Assembly: GCF_000406145.1 (NCBI RefSeq)
Contig: NZ_CM001976.1
Coordinates: 2,891,337 to 2,923,336, forward strand
Source of the DNA: Dickeya dadantii NCPPB 898
GTDB taxonomy: Bacteria > Pseudomonadota > Gammaproteobacteria > Enterobacterales > Enterobacteriaceae
Length of the DNA: 32,000 nucleotides
Direction of reading: 5' to 3'
This document shows, piece after piece, positions 9,303 through 18,720 of the stretch. The notes under the pieces were generated by a model, which made no database searches, was not told the origin of the DNA, and worked only from the letters and a program-made list of their open reading frames with translations. The translations under genes and the position numbers were made by a program. Within the stretch, counting starts at the first letter, position 1; every line of letters starts with the position of its first letter.

Positions 9303-9500
9303 TATACCCGTCATACTTCAAGTTGCAGGTGTGTTGGCTGCGTTCGTTCACCCGAATCACTTACCTGAGTAAGCTCATCGGGATTAAATGAGAGACATCC
9401 TGTCTCTCACCGGAGGCCAGCCGTTGGCTGGTCAAATTCGTTCCCAACGAATTTGTCACTCTCTTGCCGCCTTCCTGCAACTCGAATTATTTAGGGTATA
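9303..9500 (-). repeat. ERIC/IRU element (enterobacterial repetitive intergenic consensus), enlarged form with an internal insertion of about 70 bp
   Basis: The reverse complement reads TATACCCTAAATAATTCGAGTTGCAGGAAGGCGGCAAGAGAGTGA...[insert]...AATCCCGATGAGCTTACTCAGGTAAGTGATTCGGGTGAACGAACGCAGCCAACACACCTGCAACTTGAAGTATGACGGGTATA. This matches both arms and the termini of the ERIC consensus. Confidence 0.85.
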
Positions 9501-9515
9501 ACAGGAATGAAAAAA

Positions 9516-10523
9516 TCAAATATGGGTAACGATATCTTTAATCAGACGCGGTCCGCGATAAATAAATCCGCTGTAAATCTGAACCAGCGTCGCCCCGGCG
9601 GCTAATTTTTCTCTGGCGGCGACTACCGAATCAATTCCGCCTACGCCGATAATCGGTAACCGCCCCTGCAATTCCTGCGACAGACGACGAATGACTTCGG
9701 TGCTGCGCGACTGCAACGGACGCCCGCTTAATCCGCCGGTTTGCCCGCAATGATTCAACCCCTGGATCAATTGACGATCCAACGTGGTATTGGTAGCGAT
9801 CACGCCGTCGATATTATGGCGCACCAGACTGTCGGCAATTTGGATCAATTCTTCTTCAGAAAGATCCGGCGCAATTTTTACCGCGACCGGTACATATTTT
9901 TGATAGCGGGTATGCAGCTCAGTCTGTTTATTTTTTACAGCCTGTAACAAATCATCCAGCGCATCGCCATATTGCAGCGTCCGTAATCCCGGCGTATTGG
10001 GAGAAGAAATATTGATGGCAATATAACCGGCGTGGGAATAGACCTTATCCATACAAATCAGATAATCGTCTTTTCCCTGTTCCACCGGCGTGTCTTTATT
10101 TTTACCGATATTGATGCCGAGCACGCCGCCAAAACGCGACTGTTTGACATTCTCCACCAGATTATCCACCCCGCGATTGTTGAAGCCCATACGGTTGATC
10201 AGCCCTTCGGCCTCCACCACCCGGAACAAACGCGGCTTGTCATTGCCCGGCTGCGGACGCGGCGTGACGGTGCCCACTTCAATAAAGCCGAACCCCATGG
10301 CGCCGAGCGCATCGATACACTCGCCGTCCTTATCCAGCCCGGCGGCCAGCCCCAGCGGATTGCGGAACGACAGCCCCATGCAGGTCACCGGCTTGGTGGG
10401 AACCGACTGACGAACCAGCCATTCAAACGGGGTGTGGGTAATGCGGCGCAACTGATGCAGGGTAAACTCGTGCGCCTGTTCAGGGTCGAGCTGGAATAAC
10501 GCTTTACGGATGAGGGGATACAT
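9516..10523 (-). CDS. pyrD: PyrD, dihydroorotate dehydrogenase (quinone), class 2
   Basis: 335-aa ORF beginning [21 protein letters not shown]...[44 protein letters not shown]...[11 protein letters not shown]...GGLSGRPL. It is near-identical in architecture to E. coli PyrD. Confidence 0.96.
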   Translation of the reverse strand: MYPLIRKALFQLDPEQAHEFTLHQLRRITHTPFEWLVRQSVPTKPVTCMGLSFRNPLGLAAGLDKDGECIDALGAMGFGFIEVGTVTPRPQPGNDKPRLFRVVEAEGLINRMGFNNRGVDNLVENVKQSRFGGVLGINIGKNKDTPVEQGKDDYLICMDKVYSHAGYIAINISSPNTPGLRTLQYGDALDDLLQAVKNKQTELHTRYQKYVPVAVKIAPDLSEEELIQIADSLVRHNIDGVIATNTTLDRQLIQGLNHCGQTGGLSGRPLQSRSTEVIRRLSQELQGRLPIIGVGGIDSVVAAREKLAAGATLVQIYSGFIYRGPRLIKDIVTHI

Positions 10524-10617
10524 GACTTCTCCTGGATTCCCGGTTACAAACCGGGGGCGTATTATCGTCCATCGTCAGGCGAAAGGGAATTGACCTGGGC
10601 CAAAAAACGCCGCGACG

Positions 10618-10633
10618 ACGCAATCGTTTTCCT
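10618..10633. promoter_or_regulatory. Candidate PurR operator (PUR box) in the pyrD upstream region
   Basis: ACGCAATCGTTTTCCT differs at one specified position from the PUR-box consensus ACGCAAACGTTTTCNT. It lies 95-110 bp upstream of the pyrD ATG. E. coli pyrD is known to be PurR-regulated. This is a motif match only. Confidence 0.45.
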
Positions 10634-10768
10634 TTATACGCCGGCCATTGCGGATTTTTTATTCGTTTTTTCGCTTTCCATTCCACAATAAATCATTTTT
10701 CTAACCTCCGCCGGCTCTGCCAGACTAACCAAACGGTTATTAAATTGTGAAAAACGATACCATTTGGT

Positions 10769-11040
10769 TATACCCAAAATAATTCGAGTTGCAGGACAAA
10801 ACGCGTGGCGTTTTGAACAACGCAACGCGTTGGCCCTTAAGGGCAAGACTCATAATGAGTCTTGTAACGCGGCGACGCAGCGAATCCCCAGGAGCTTACA
10901 TCAGTAAGTGACTGGGGTGAGTGACAAATCTGCCGGGAGCAGAGTTGAACGCAGCTCGCTGCGACCCTAAAAGGGCGAGGCCCAGGGATGGGCCGAGTAA
11001 GAAAGCCAACGCATCTGCAACTTGAAGTATGACGGGTATA
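10769..11040 (+). repeat. ERIC/IRU element, enlarged form (272 bp, two internal insertions), ending 1 bp before the ssuE Shine-Dalgarno
   Basis: The sequence reads TATACCCAAAATAATTCGAGTTGCAGGA...GCGAATCCCCAGGAGCTTACATCAGTAAGTGACTGGGGTGAGTGA...GAAAGCCAACGCATCTGCAACTTGAAGTATGACGGGTATA. The central core matches the sequences used as the ERIC1R/ERIC2 primer sites. Confidence 0.9.
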
Positions 11041-11052
11041 TAAGGAGTCACT

Positions 11053-11607
11053 ATGCGCGTTATAACGCTGGCAGGCAGCCCACGTTACCCTTCCCGTTCA
11101 ACCGCTTTATTGCATCACGCCGGAAAATGGCTGGAAGCCAAAGGCGCCGAGGTGTTGCCGTGGCACCTGCACAACTTTCCGCCGGAAGACCTGCTCAATG
11201 CCCGCTTCGACAGCCCGGCGCTGCAAACCCTGAACGAGCAACTCGCCAGCGCCGACGGCCTACTGGTCGCCACCCCGATTTACAAAGCGTCGTTTTCCGG
11301 CGGTCTGAAAGCCCTGCTGGACGTGCTGCCGGAACGGGCGCTGGAACACAAAGTGGTGCTGCCGCTGTCCACCGCCGGTTCCGTCGCCCACATGCTGGCG
11401 GTGGATTACAGCCTTAAACCGGTGCTGAACGCCCTGAAAGCACAGGAAATCCTGCAGGGCGTATTCGCGGATGACAGCCAGATCAGCCACTACGACCGTA
11501 CCCCGATCTTTACCGATGCGCTGGAAGCCCGTCTGCAAGACGCCTTGAATATCTTCTTTCAGGCGTTGATTCGCCGTCAACCCGAACCCTTTCGCCACAG
11601 CGCCTGA
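11053..11607 (+). CDS. ssuE: SsuE, NAD(P)H-dependent FMN reductase of the alkanesulfonate monooxygenase system
   Basis: 184-aa ORF beginning MRVITLAGSPRYPSRSTALL...DGLLVATPIYKASFSGGLKALLD, colinear with E. coli SsuE. SD AAGGAG is at 11042-11047. It is the first gene of an ssuEADCB cluster. Confidence 0.93.
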   Translation: MRVITLAGSPRYPSRSTALLHHAGKWLEAKGAEVLPWHLHNFPPEDLLNARFDSPALQTLNEQLASADGLLVATPIYKASFSGGLKALLDVLPERALEHKVVLPLSTAGSVAHMLAVDYSLKPVLNALKAQEILQGVFADDSQISHYDRTPIFTDALEARLQDALNIFFQALIRRQPEPFRHSA

Positions 11608-11631
11608 CCCTCTTTTTCATATAAGGAAAGA

Positions 11632-12597
11632 ATGCTTATGCTGTCCCGGATTAAACAAGCCGCCCTGACACTGCTGTTCTCTGGCGCACTCGGCGTATCC
11701 GCCCTCGCCCATGCGGCCAGCGACCCAGAACAGTTGCGCATCGGTTTTCAGAAAGGCTCGGTCAGTCTGGTGCTGGCTAAAACCCACCAACTGCTGGAAA
11801 AGCAGTTCCCGCATACCAAAATCAGCTGGATTGAATTCCCGGCCGGGCCGCAAATGCTGGAAGCGCTCAACATCGGCAGCATTGATGTCGGCAGTACCGG
11901 CGATATCCCGCCGCTCTTCGCACAGGCCGCCGGCGCCGATCTGGTCTACATCGGCGTTGAACCACCCAAGCCTAAAGCCGAGGTGATTCTGGTTCGGGAC
12001 GATAGCCCGATCAAAACCGTCGCCGACCTGAAAGGCCGCAAGGTAGCGTTCCAGAAAGGCTCCAGCTCTCACAATCTGCTGCTGCGCAACCTGCAAAAAG
12101 CGGGGCTGACCTTCGCCGATATCCAGCCGGCCTACCTGACGCCGGCCGATGCCCGCGCCGCGTTCCAGCAGGGTAACGTCGACGCCTGGACCATCTGGGA
12201 TCCTTACTACTCCGCCGCGCTGCTGCAAGGCGGCGTGCGGGTACTGGCCGACGGCACCGATCTGAACCTGACCGGTTCGTTTTATCTGGCCTCCCGCCGT
12301 TACGCCGAGCAACACGGCGTTTTTCTACAACAGTTACTCAACACCCTAACCCAGGCCGACGCCCTGACCATCAACCAGCGTTCGCAGAGCGTTACGCTGC
12401 TGGCCAACGCGATGGGGTTGCCGGAAGCCGTTATCAGCACCTATTTCGACCATCGTCCGCTGACGGTGATCAAACCGGTGGATGAACGCACGCTACAGGC
12501 GCAGCAGCACACCGCCGACCTGTTTTACGAAAACCGCCTGATTCCTACCAGGCTGGACATCGCCAGCCGTATCTGGCGCGCCCCGGCAGCACACTAA
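11632..12597 (+). CDS. ssuA: SsuA, periplasmic aliphatic sulfonate-binding protein of the ABC transporter
   Basis: 321-aa ORF with a signal peptide ([10 protein letters not shown]) and the motifs [26 protein letters not shown]...[31 protein letters not shown], highly similar to E. coli SsuA. An alternative ATG is at 11638. Confidence 0.92.
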   Translation: MLMLSRIKQAALTLLFSGALGVSALAHAASDPEQLRIGFQKGSVSLVLAKTHQLLEKQFPHTKISWIEFPAGPQMLEALNIGSIDVGSTGDIPPLFAQAAGADLVYIGVEPPKPKAEVILVRDDSPIKTVADLKGRKVAFQKGSSSHNLLLRNLQKAGLTFADIQPAYLTPADARAAFQQGNVDAWTIWDPYYSAALLQGGVRVLADGTDLNLTGSFYLASRRYAEQHGVFLQQLLNTLTQADALTINQRSQSVTLLANAMGLPEAVISTYFDHRPLTVIKPVDERTLQAQQHTADLFYENRLIPTRLDIASRIWRAPAAH

Positions 12598-12626
12598 TCC
12601 TGCCTGATTTCACGGAGACGATGACA

Positions 12627-13775
12627 ATGAGTCTGAATATTTTCTGGTTCCTGCCTACTCACGGCGACGGACACTACTTTGGCAAAGGCGAAAACGCCCG
12701 CCCGGTTGATTACGGTTACCTGCAACAGATCGCCCAGGCGGCGGACCGACTGGGTTTCGGCGGCGTGCTGATCCCTACCGGCCGCTCCTGCGAAGATTCC
12801 TGGCTGGTGGCCTCGTCGTTGATCCCGGTCACCCAGCGCCTGCGTTTTCTGGTGGCGCTGCGCCCCGGCATCATTTCGCCGACGCTGGCCGCCCGTCAGG
12901 CCGCCACGCTGGACCGGCTGTCCAACGGCCGGGCGTTGTTCAATCTGGTTACCGGCGGCGACCCGGACGAGCTGGCCGCCGAAGGGCTGTTCCTCGATCA
13001 TGCGGAACGCTATGAAGCGTCCGCCGAATTTACCCGCATCTGGCGGCGGGTGCTGGAGGGCGAAACCGTCGATTACGACGGCAAGCATATTCAGGTGAAA
13101 GGCGCCAAACTGCACTACCCGCCGGTGCAACAGCCGCGCCCGCCGCTCTACTTCGGCGGCTCGTCCGACGCAGCGCTGGATCTGGCCGCCGAACAGGTAG
13201 AACTTTACCTCACCTGGGGCGAGCCACCGGCGCAGGTGAAAGAAAAGCTGGATCGCGTGCGGGCCAAAGCCGCCGCACAGGGGCGCAGCGTACGTTTCGG
13301 CATCCGCCTGCACGTGATTGTGCGCGAAACCAATGAAGAGGCCTGGCAGGCCGCCAACCGCCTGATTTCCCGGCTGGACGACGACACCATCGCCCAGGCG
13401 CAGGCATCGTTGAAACGTTTTGACTCGGTGGGTCAGCAACGCATGGTGGCGCTGCACGGCGGTCGCCGCGACAAACTGGAGATCAGCCCCAACCTGTGGG
13501 CCGGTATCGGTCTGGTACGCGGCGGCGCCGGCACCGCGCTGGTGGGCGACCCGCAAACCGTGGCGCAACGCATCCAGGAATACGCCTCACTGGGTATCGA
13601 TACCTTTGTTCTGTCCGGCTACCCGCATCTGGAGGAAGCCTACAAAGTGGGCGAACTGCTGTTTCCGCATCTGGACGTGGCGGTGCCGGACGTGCCGCAG
13701 CCGCAGCCCCTGCGTTCGCAAGGCGAAATCGTCGGCAACGAGTTTGTCCCGCTGCTGAAAGCGGCGCAAAGTTGA
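12627..13775 (+). CDS. ssuD: SsuD, FMNH2-dependent alkanesulfonate monooxygenase
   Basis: [60 protein letters not shown] matches the E. coli SsuD N-terminus ([19 protein letters not shown]). The track start at ATG 12621 is only 3 nt from the GGAGA SD, so ATG 12627 is preferred. Confidence 0.93.
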   Translation: MSLNIFWFLPTHGDGHYFGKGENARPVDYGYLQQIAQAADRLGFGGVLIPTGRSCEDSWLVASSLIPVTQRLRFLVALRPGIISPTLAARQAATLDRLSNGRALFNLVTGGDPDELAAEGLFLDHAERYEASAEFTRIWRRVLEGETVDYDGKHIQVKGAKLHYPPVQQPRPPLYFGGSSDAALDLAAEQVELYLTWGEPPAQVKEKLDRVRAKAAAQGRSVRFGIRLHVIVRETNEEAWQAANRLISRLDDDTIAQAQASLKRFDSVGQQRMVALHGGRRDKLEISPNLWAGIGLVRGGAGTALVGDPQTVAQRIQEYASLGIDTFVLSGYPHLEEAYKVGELLFPHLDVAVPDVPQPQPLRSQGEIVGNEFVPLLKAAQS

Positions 13776-13785
13776 GGGCTGCCGC

Positions 13786-14577
13786 ATGCGCAAGAGACTG
13801 ACGCCACTTGTCGAACGCCTGACACCCTGGCTGCTGCCGCTGCTGCTGGTGATAGTCTGGCAACTTGCGTCCAGCGTCGGCTGGCTCTCCACCCGGATCC
13901 TGCCTTCGCCGGAAGCGATTGCCGTGACCTTCTGGCGGCTGACCCGCAGCGGTGAACTGTGGCAACACCTCAGTATCAGTACCTGGCGTGCGCTGACCGG
14001 GTTTGCCATCGGCGGCGCGCTGGGGCTGGCGCTCGGTTTTATCACCGGGCTGTCTCGCACCGGCGAGCGCTTGCTGGACACCTCGGTGCAAATGCTGCGC
14101 AACGTGCCGCATCTGGCTCTGATCCCGCTGGTGATCCTGTGGTTCGGCATTGAAGAGAGCGCCAAGATCTTTCTGGTGGCGCTCGGCACCCTGTTCCCGG
14201 TCTACCTCAACACTTATCACGGCATCCGCAACATCGACAGCGGTCTGCTGGAAATGTCGCGCAGTTATGGACTGTCCGGCTTCCGACTGTTCCGCGAGGT
14301 GCTGCTGCCCGGCGCGCTGCCCTCGATCATGGTCGGCGTGCGTTTCTCGCTCGGCTTGATGTGGTTGACGCTGATCGTGGCGGAAACCATCTCCGCCAGC
14401 TCCGGCATCGGCTATCTGGCGATGAACGCCCGCGAATTTCTGCAAACCGACGTGGTGGTGGTGGCGATCATTCTGTATGCCCTGCTGGGCAAACTGGCTG
14501 ACGTCATCGCCCTGACGCTGGAGCGCATCTGGCTGCGTTGGCACCCCAGTTGGCAATTAACGGAGGAACATGCATGA
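13786..14577 (+). CDS. ssuC: SsuC, aliphatic sulfonate ABC transporter permease
   Basis: 263-aa polytopic membrane protein with a BPD-transporter EAA-like region. Its position between ssuD and ssuB, and the ATGA stop/start overlap with ssuB, support the call. Confidence 0.9.
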   Translation: MRKRLTPLVERLTPWLLPLLLVIVWQLASSVGWLSTRILPSPEAIAVTFWRLTRSGELWQHLSISTWRALTGFAIGGALGLALGFITGLSRTGERLLDTSVQMLRNVPHLALIPLVILWFGIEESAKIFLVALGTLFPVYLNTYHGIRNIDSGLLEMSRSYGLSGFRLFREVLLPGALPSIMVGVRFSLGLMWLTLIVAETISASSGIGYLAMNAREFLQTDVVVVAIILYALLGKLADVIALTLERIWLRWHPSWQLTEEHA

Positions 14578-15374
14578 CTTTTAATCACGCTGCGCCCAAC
14601 ACCGCTGCACCGGCCCGCCTTAACGCCGGCACCCCGTTGCTGATCAACGGCGTCACCAAGCGCTATGGTCAGCGTACTATTCTGAATGACGTGCACCTGC
14701 ACATTCCGGCCGGCCAGTTCGTCGCCGTGGTCGGCCGCAGCGGCTGCGGCAAGAGCACCCTGCTGCGTCTGCTGGCCGGTCTGGAGCAGGCAAGCCACGG
14801 AGAGTTGCTGGCCGGCCGCGCCCCGCTGCGTCAGGCGCGCGGCGATATCCGGCTGATGTTTCAGGAAGCGCGCTTACTACCGTGGAAGCGAGTGCTCGAC
14901 AACGTCGGGTTGGGGTTGCGCGGCGAGTGGCGTACGGCCGCGTATCAGGCGCTGGACGCGGTCGGGTTGTCATCACGGGCCGCCGACTGGCCGGCCGCGC
15001 TGTCCGGCGGACAAAAACAGCGGGTGGCGCTGGCACGTGCGCTGATCCATCGCCCCGGTCTGTTATTGCTGGATGAGCCGCTGGGCGCGTTGGATGCGTT
15101 GACCCGTATCGAGATGCAGGGGCTGATTGAATCACTGTGGCTGCAACAGGGATTTACCGTTCTGCTGGTGACGCATGACGTCAGCGAAGCTGTTGCACTC
15201 GCCGACCGGGTGATCTTGATCGAAGAAGGCCGGGTCGGGCTGGATGTGGCGATTGACCTGCCACGACCGCGCCGCCGCGGCTCCGCCCGGCTGGCGGAGC
15301 TGGAAGCACAGGTGCTGGAGCGAATTCTGACGCCGTCCGGTGACACACCGCACCGGACGCAGGCACACGCCTGA
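14574..15374 (+). CDS. ssuB: SsuB, aliphatic sulfonate ABC transporter ATP-binding protein
   Basis: Walker [10 protein letters not shown], signature [15 protein letters not shown] and Walker B LLLLDEP are present. The [19 protein letters not shown] segment aligns to the E. coli SsuB N-terminus. The start is set at ATG 14574, which overlaps the ssuC stop (ATGA) and follows GGAGGA. The track start at 14538 would lie inside ssuC. Confidence 0.9.
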   Translation: MTFNHAAPNTAAPARLNAGTPLLINGVTKRYGQRTILNDVHLHIPAGQFVAVVGRSGCGKSTLLRLLAGLEQASHGELLAGRAPLRQARGDIRLMFQEARLLPWKRVLDNVGLGLRGEWRTAAYQALDAVGLSSRAADWPAALSGGQKQRVALARALIHRPGLLLLDEPLGALDALTRIEMQGLIESLWLQQGFTVLLVTHDVSEAVALADRVILIEEGRVGLDVAIDLPRPRRRGSARLAELEAQVLERILTPSGDTPHRTQAHA

Positions 15375-15396
15375 TACAGGCTCCCCGCTCAGGGTA

Positions 15397-15432
15397 TAAA
15401 AAAACCACCGACTGCTGACAGCGGTGGTTTTT
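15397..15432. terminator. Bidirectional rho-independent terminator between the convergent ssuB and pepN genes
   Basis: aaaaaaACCACCGactgctgacagCGGTGGTtttttt is a GC stem flanked by an A-run on one side and a T-run on the other. Confidence 0.8.
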
Positions 15433-15476
15433 TACTTCTATCATATCAATATCATATTGATATTATTGAATTGTGC

Positions 15477-18092
15477 CTACGCCCCCAGCGCCTTGGTGAT
15501 CTTCTCGAACAGATCGCCCGACAGGTTTTCCAGCCCTTTCAGCGTTTCCAGCGCCTGACGCATCAGCGCCTGACGGCCGCTGTCGTAACGTTTGAGGCGA
15601 ATCAGCGGTTCAATCAGGCGGGAAGCCACCTGCGGGTTGCGGGTGTTCAGATCGCTGAGCATCTCGGTCAGGAACTGATAGCCGCTGCCGTCTACCGCGT
15701 GGAATGCCGACGGGTTGCCCGCACAGAACGAACCGACCAGCGAGCGCAGGCGATTAGGGTTGTTCAGGCTGAAGGAACGGTGGTTGAGCAATTCACGCAC
15801 CCGGCTCAACACATCGCTGGCCGGGCTGCTGGCCTGCAAGGCGAACCATTTGTCCATCACCAGACCATCCTGATGCCAGCGCTCGTCAAACGCCGCCAGC
15901 AGCGTATCCCGGCACGGCAGTTGCGCGGCAACGGACGCCGCCATCGCCGCCAGCGAATCGGTCATGTTGTCGGCATCGGTAAACTGCGCCGCCGCCAGCG
16001 CGTCCGCCTGCTCGCGATCGGCAAACGCCAGATAGCTCAGGCACAGATTGCGCAGCGCACGTTTCCCCATATCCTGCTGATCGACACGGTAGGACGCCAG
16101 TTTGTTGGCGCGATAGACCGCCAGCAGCTCGTCCGCCATTTCCTGCGCCAGCGTCTGCGTCAGCGACTGGCGCACCGCGGTGATGGCGTCCGGGTCGATG
16201 ATCTCAAACAGCTCGGCCATTTCATTTTCGCCCGGCAGCGACAGGATCTGAGACGCCAGCATCGGGTCCAGTTTGTCATCCAGCAGCACGCCGCGGAAGG
16301 CGTCCACCACGTGCATCGGCAATGACAGCGGCTGTTTTTGCTGGTAACGCGCCACATTCAGGCGAATGTAGTTGGCCAGCAGGCTCTGGGCCGCGTCCCA
16401 GCGGGAAAACGCATTGCTGGCATAACGCATCAGGAACGTCAGTTGCTCATCGCTCCAGGAGTAGTTCAGTTTTACCGGCGCGGAGAACTCACGCAACAGC
16501 GACGGCACCGGCTGGCAGGGAACATCGTCAAATACGAACGTTTGCTCCGCTTCGGTCACGTTCAGCACCGAGCCCAGTTTCTGCCCTTTCTGGCGCAGCG
16601 GGATCACCTGCCCTTCGGTATCGTACAACTCCACATCCAGCGGGATATGCAGCGGCAGCTTGGGCTGCTTATCGGCGCCGACAGGCGTCATCTGGCTGAC
16701 GTGCAGACGGTACTGACGGGTCGCGGCGTCGTAATCGTCGCGCACCGTCACCACCGGCGTGCCGGACTGGCTGTACCAGCGGCGGAACTGAGACAGATCG
16801 ACGCTGGAGGCATCCTCCATCGCCTGCACAAAGTCATCGCAGGTGGCGGCGCTGCCGTCATGACGGTCAAAATACAACCGCATCCCGGCCTGGAATTTCT
16901 CTTCACCCAGCAGCGTGTGCATCATACGAATCACTTCCGACCCTTTTTCATACACCGTCAGGGTATAGAAGTTATTCATCTCGATGACCTGATCCGGACG
17001 AATCGGGTGGGACATCGGACTGGCGTCTTCAGCGAACTGCGCGCCGCGCATGACGCGCACGTTATCGATACGATTGGCCGGGCGCGAACCGACGTCGGAG
17101 CTGAACTCCTGATCACGGAACACCGTCAGCCCTTCTTTCAGGCTAAGCTGGAACCAGTCGCGGCAGGTCACGCGGTTACCGGTCCAGTTATGGAAATACT
17201 CGTGGGCGATCACCGCTTCGATACCGAGATAATCCTTGTCGGTGGCGGTTTCGGCTTTGGCCAGCACATACTTGGAGTTGAAAATGTTCAGCCCCTTGTT
17301 TTCCATCGCCCCCATGTTGAAGAAATCCACCGCCACGATCATATAAATGTCGAGGTCATATTCCAGACCAAAACGGGTTTCATCCCACTTCATGGCGTTC
17401 TTCAGCGAGGTCATCGCCCAGTCGGCACGATCGAGATTGCCGCGATCCACGAACAGCTCCAGCGCCACTTCTCGGCCGGAACGAGTGATGAAACTGTCGC
17501 GCAGCACATCAAAATCACCGGCCACCAGCGCAAACAGGTAGCAGGGTTTCGGGAACGGGTCCTGCCATTCCACCCAGTGGCGGCCTTCATCCAGTTCCCC
17601 CTGCGCCACGCGGTTACCGTTGGAGAGCAGATATGGGTAGCGCGCTTTATCGGCGGTAATGCGGGTGGTGAAACGCGCCAGAACGTCCGGGCGGTCCAGA
17701 TAATAGGTGATGTGGCGGAATCCTTCCGCTTCGCATTGGGTGCACAGCGCGTCGCCTGACTGATACAACCCTTCCAGCGCGCTGTTGGCCGCCGGGCTGA
17801 TTTCCGTTTCAATCCGTAGCGTGAATTTCTCCGGCAATCCGGTCAGTTCCAGACCGCCTTCCAGCACACGGTGCGCCTGCCAGTCCTGACCATCGACCTG
17901 AACGCTCAGTAATTTCAGTCCTTCGCCATCCAGTTTCAGCGCTGCGCCCGGTTCCCCTTGCAGCACGACCTGGCTGACGGCTATCACCCGGGTCTGTTCC
18001 GGGTGCAGGTCAAAATCCAGCGCGATGTCGGTAATGGTATAATCCGGCGCGCGGTAATCGTGCCGGTATTTGACTTGTGGTTGTTGACTCAT
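15477..18092 (-). CDS. pepN: PepN, aminopeptidase N (M1 family zinc metallopeptidase)
   Basis: 871-aa ORF beginning MSQQPQVKYRHDYRAPDYTITDIALDFDL. It has the GAMEN exopeptidase motif and the HEYFHNWTGNRVTCRDWFQLSLKEG zinc site (HExxH-18-E). It matches E. coli PepN along its full length. Confidence 0.96.
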   Translation of the reverse strand: MSQQPQVKYRHDYRAPDYTITDIALDFDLHPEQTRVIAVSQVVLQGEPGAALKLDGEGLKLLSVQVDGQDWQAHRVLEGGLELTGLPEKFTLRIETEISPAANSALEGLYQSGDALCTQCEAEGFRHITYYLDRPDVLARFTTRITADKARYPYLLSNGNRVAQGELDEGRHWVEWQDPFPKPCYLFALVAGDFDVLRDSFITRSGREVALELFVDRGNLDRADWAMTSLKNAMKWDETRFGLEYDLDIYMIVAVDFFNMGAMENKGLNIFNSKYVLAKAETATDKDYLGIEAVIAHEYFHNWTGNRVTCRDWFQLSLKEGLTVFRDQEFSSDVGSRPANRIDNVRVMRGAQFAEDASPMSHPIRPDQVIEMNNFYTLTVYEKGSEVIRMMHTLLGEEKFQAGMRLYFDRHDGSAATCDDFVQAMEDASSVDLSQFRRWYSQSGTPVVTVRDDYDAATRQYRLHVSQMTPVGADKQPKLPLHIPLDVELYDTEGQVIPLRQKGQKLGSVLNVTEAEQTFVFDDVPCQPVPSLLREFSAPVKLNYSWSDEQLTFLMRYASNAFSRWDAAQSLLANYIRLNVARYQQKQPLSLPMHVVDAFRGVLLDDKLDPMLASQILSLPGENEMAELFEIIDPDAITAVRQSLTQTLAQEMADELLAVYRANKLASYRVDQQDMGKRALRNLCLSYLAFADREQADALAAAQFTDADNMTDSLAAMAASVAAQLPCRDTLLAAFDERWHQDGLVMDKWFALQASSPASDVLSRVRELLNHRSFSLNNPNRLRSLVGSFCAGNPSAFHAVDGSGYQFLTEMLSDLNTRNPQVASRLIEPLIRLKRYDSGRQALMRQALETLKGLENLSGDLFEKITKALGA

Positions 18093-18500
18093 GACTGATT
18101 ACCTTAATGACAGCAGTAATGATGACGGCGCAGGATGCTCTGGCTGCGCATCCACTCTTCCTTAATAGAGAAGAGCAAAAAAAGCGCGGTTAACACGCCG
18201 AATGCTGCCGGCTACGACGAACTCGCGTGGCCAGGCAATGATCGCCGTCCTTTATGTATTCACACAGTTATTTATTCACACAGTAAACAAGGGTAAACCG
18301 CCCTCCTGCGCCGACCTCTCTTTGCCGGTGCGTGGGAAACGGTATTATCGCCTGCTTACGCGACTGTTCCCGTCTACTTTGTACGCAGTTCCGTTATTCA
18401 ACAGGCTGTTACGTCTATTAAAGGGGAGTGACTGCCGGAATGCAAACTTTCCTGCTTTTCATGCGTGGTCGTCATGGCGAACCGGATTTCCCGGTAATTT

Positions 18501-18525
18501 TGTTTAGTATAAAAAACATTATAAT
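18501..18525 (+). promoter_or_regulatory. Candidate NadR operator (NAD box) overlapping a TATAAT -10 hexamer upstream of pncB
   Basis: TGTTTAgtataaAAAACA (18501-18518) matches 11 of 12 positions of the NAD-box palindrome TGTTTA-N6-TAAACA as I recall it. TATAAT is at 18520-18525. pncB is a NadR regulon member in E. coli and Salmonella. This is a motif match only. Confidence 0.35.
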
Positions 18526-18720
18526 TCAACCACTCATGTTAAATAGACGGTAAAAACAGATACTTTTTTGTCACAATCGCACGATTGAATCTCGCCTTCA
18601 TCCGCCCAATATGATGTGATAAGCCTCATTGAACAGACAGCTGGCTCCCGCTGTCGATGACGATGACAGTCACTTGCATTAGCTTGTAAATTGCATTAAA
18701 CGAGGATGCGGTAACGCATT

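Noticed and set aside
18440-18553. 37-codon small ORF (MQTFLLFMRGRHGEPDFPVILFSIKNIIIQPLMLNRR) in the pepN-pncB spacer, downstream of an AAGGGGAG motif.
   Set aside because: The SD spacing of about 11 nt is poor. The ORF runs through the putative pncB promoter and operator. The composition is unremarkable and conservation cannot be evaluated here. The 101-aa ORF at 18202-18507 is rejected for the same lack of support.
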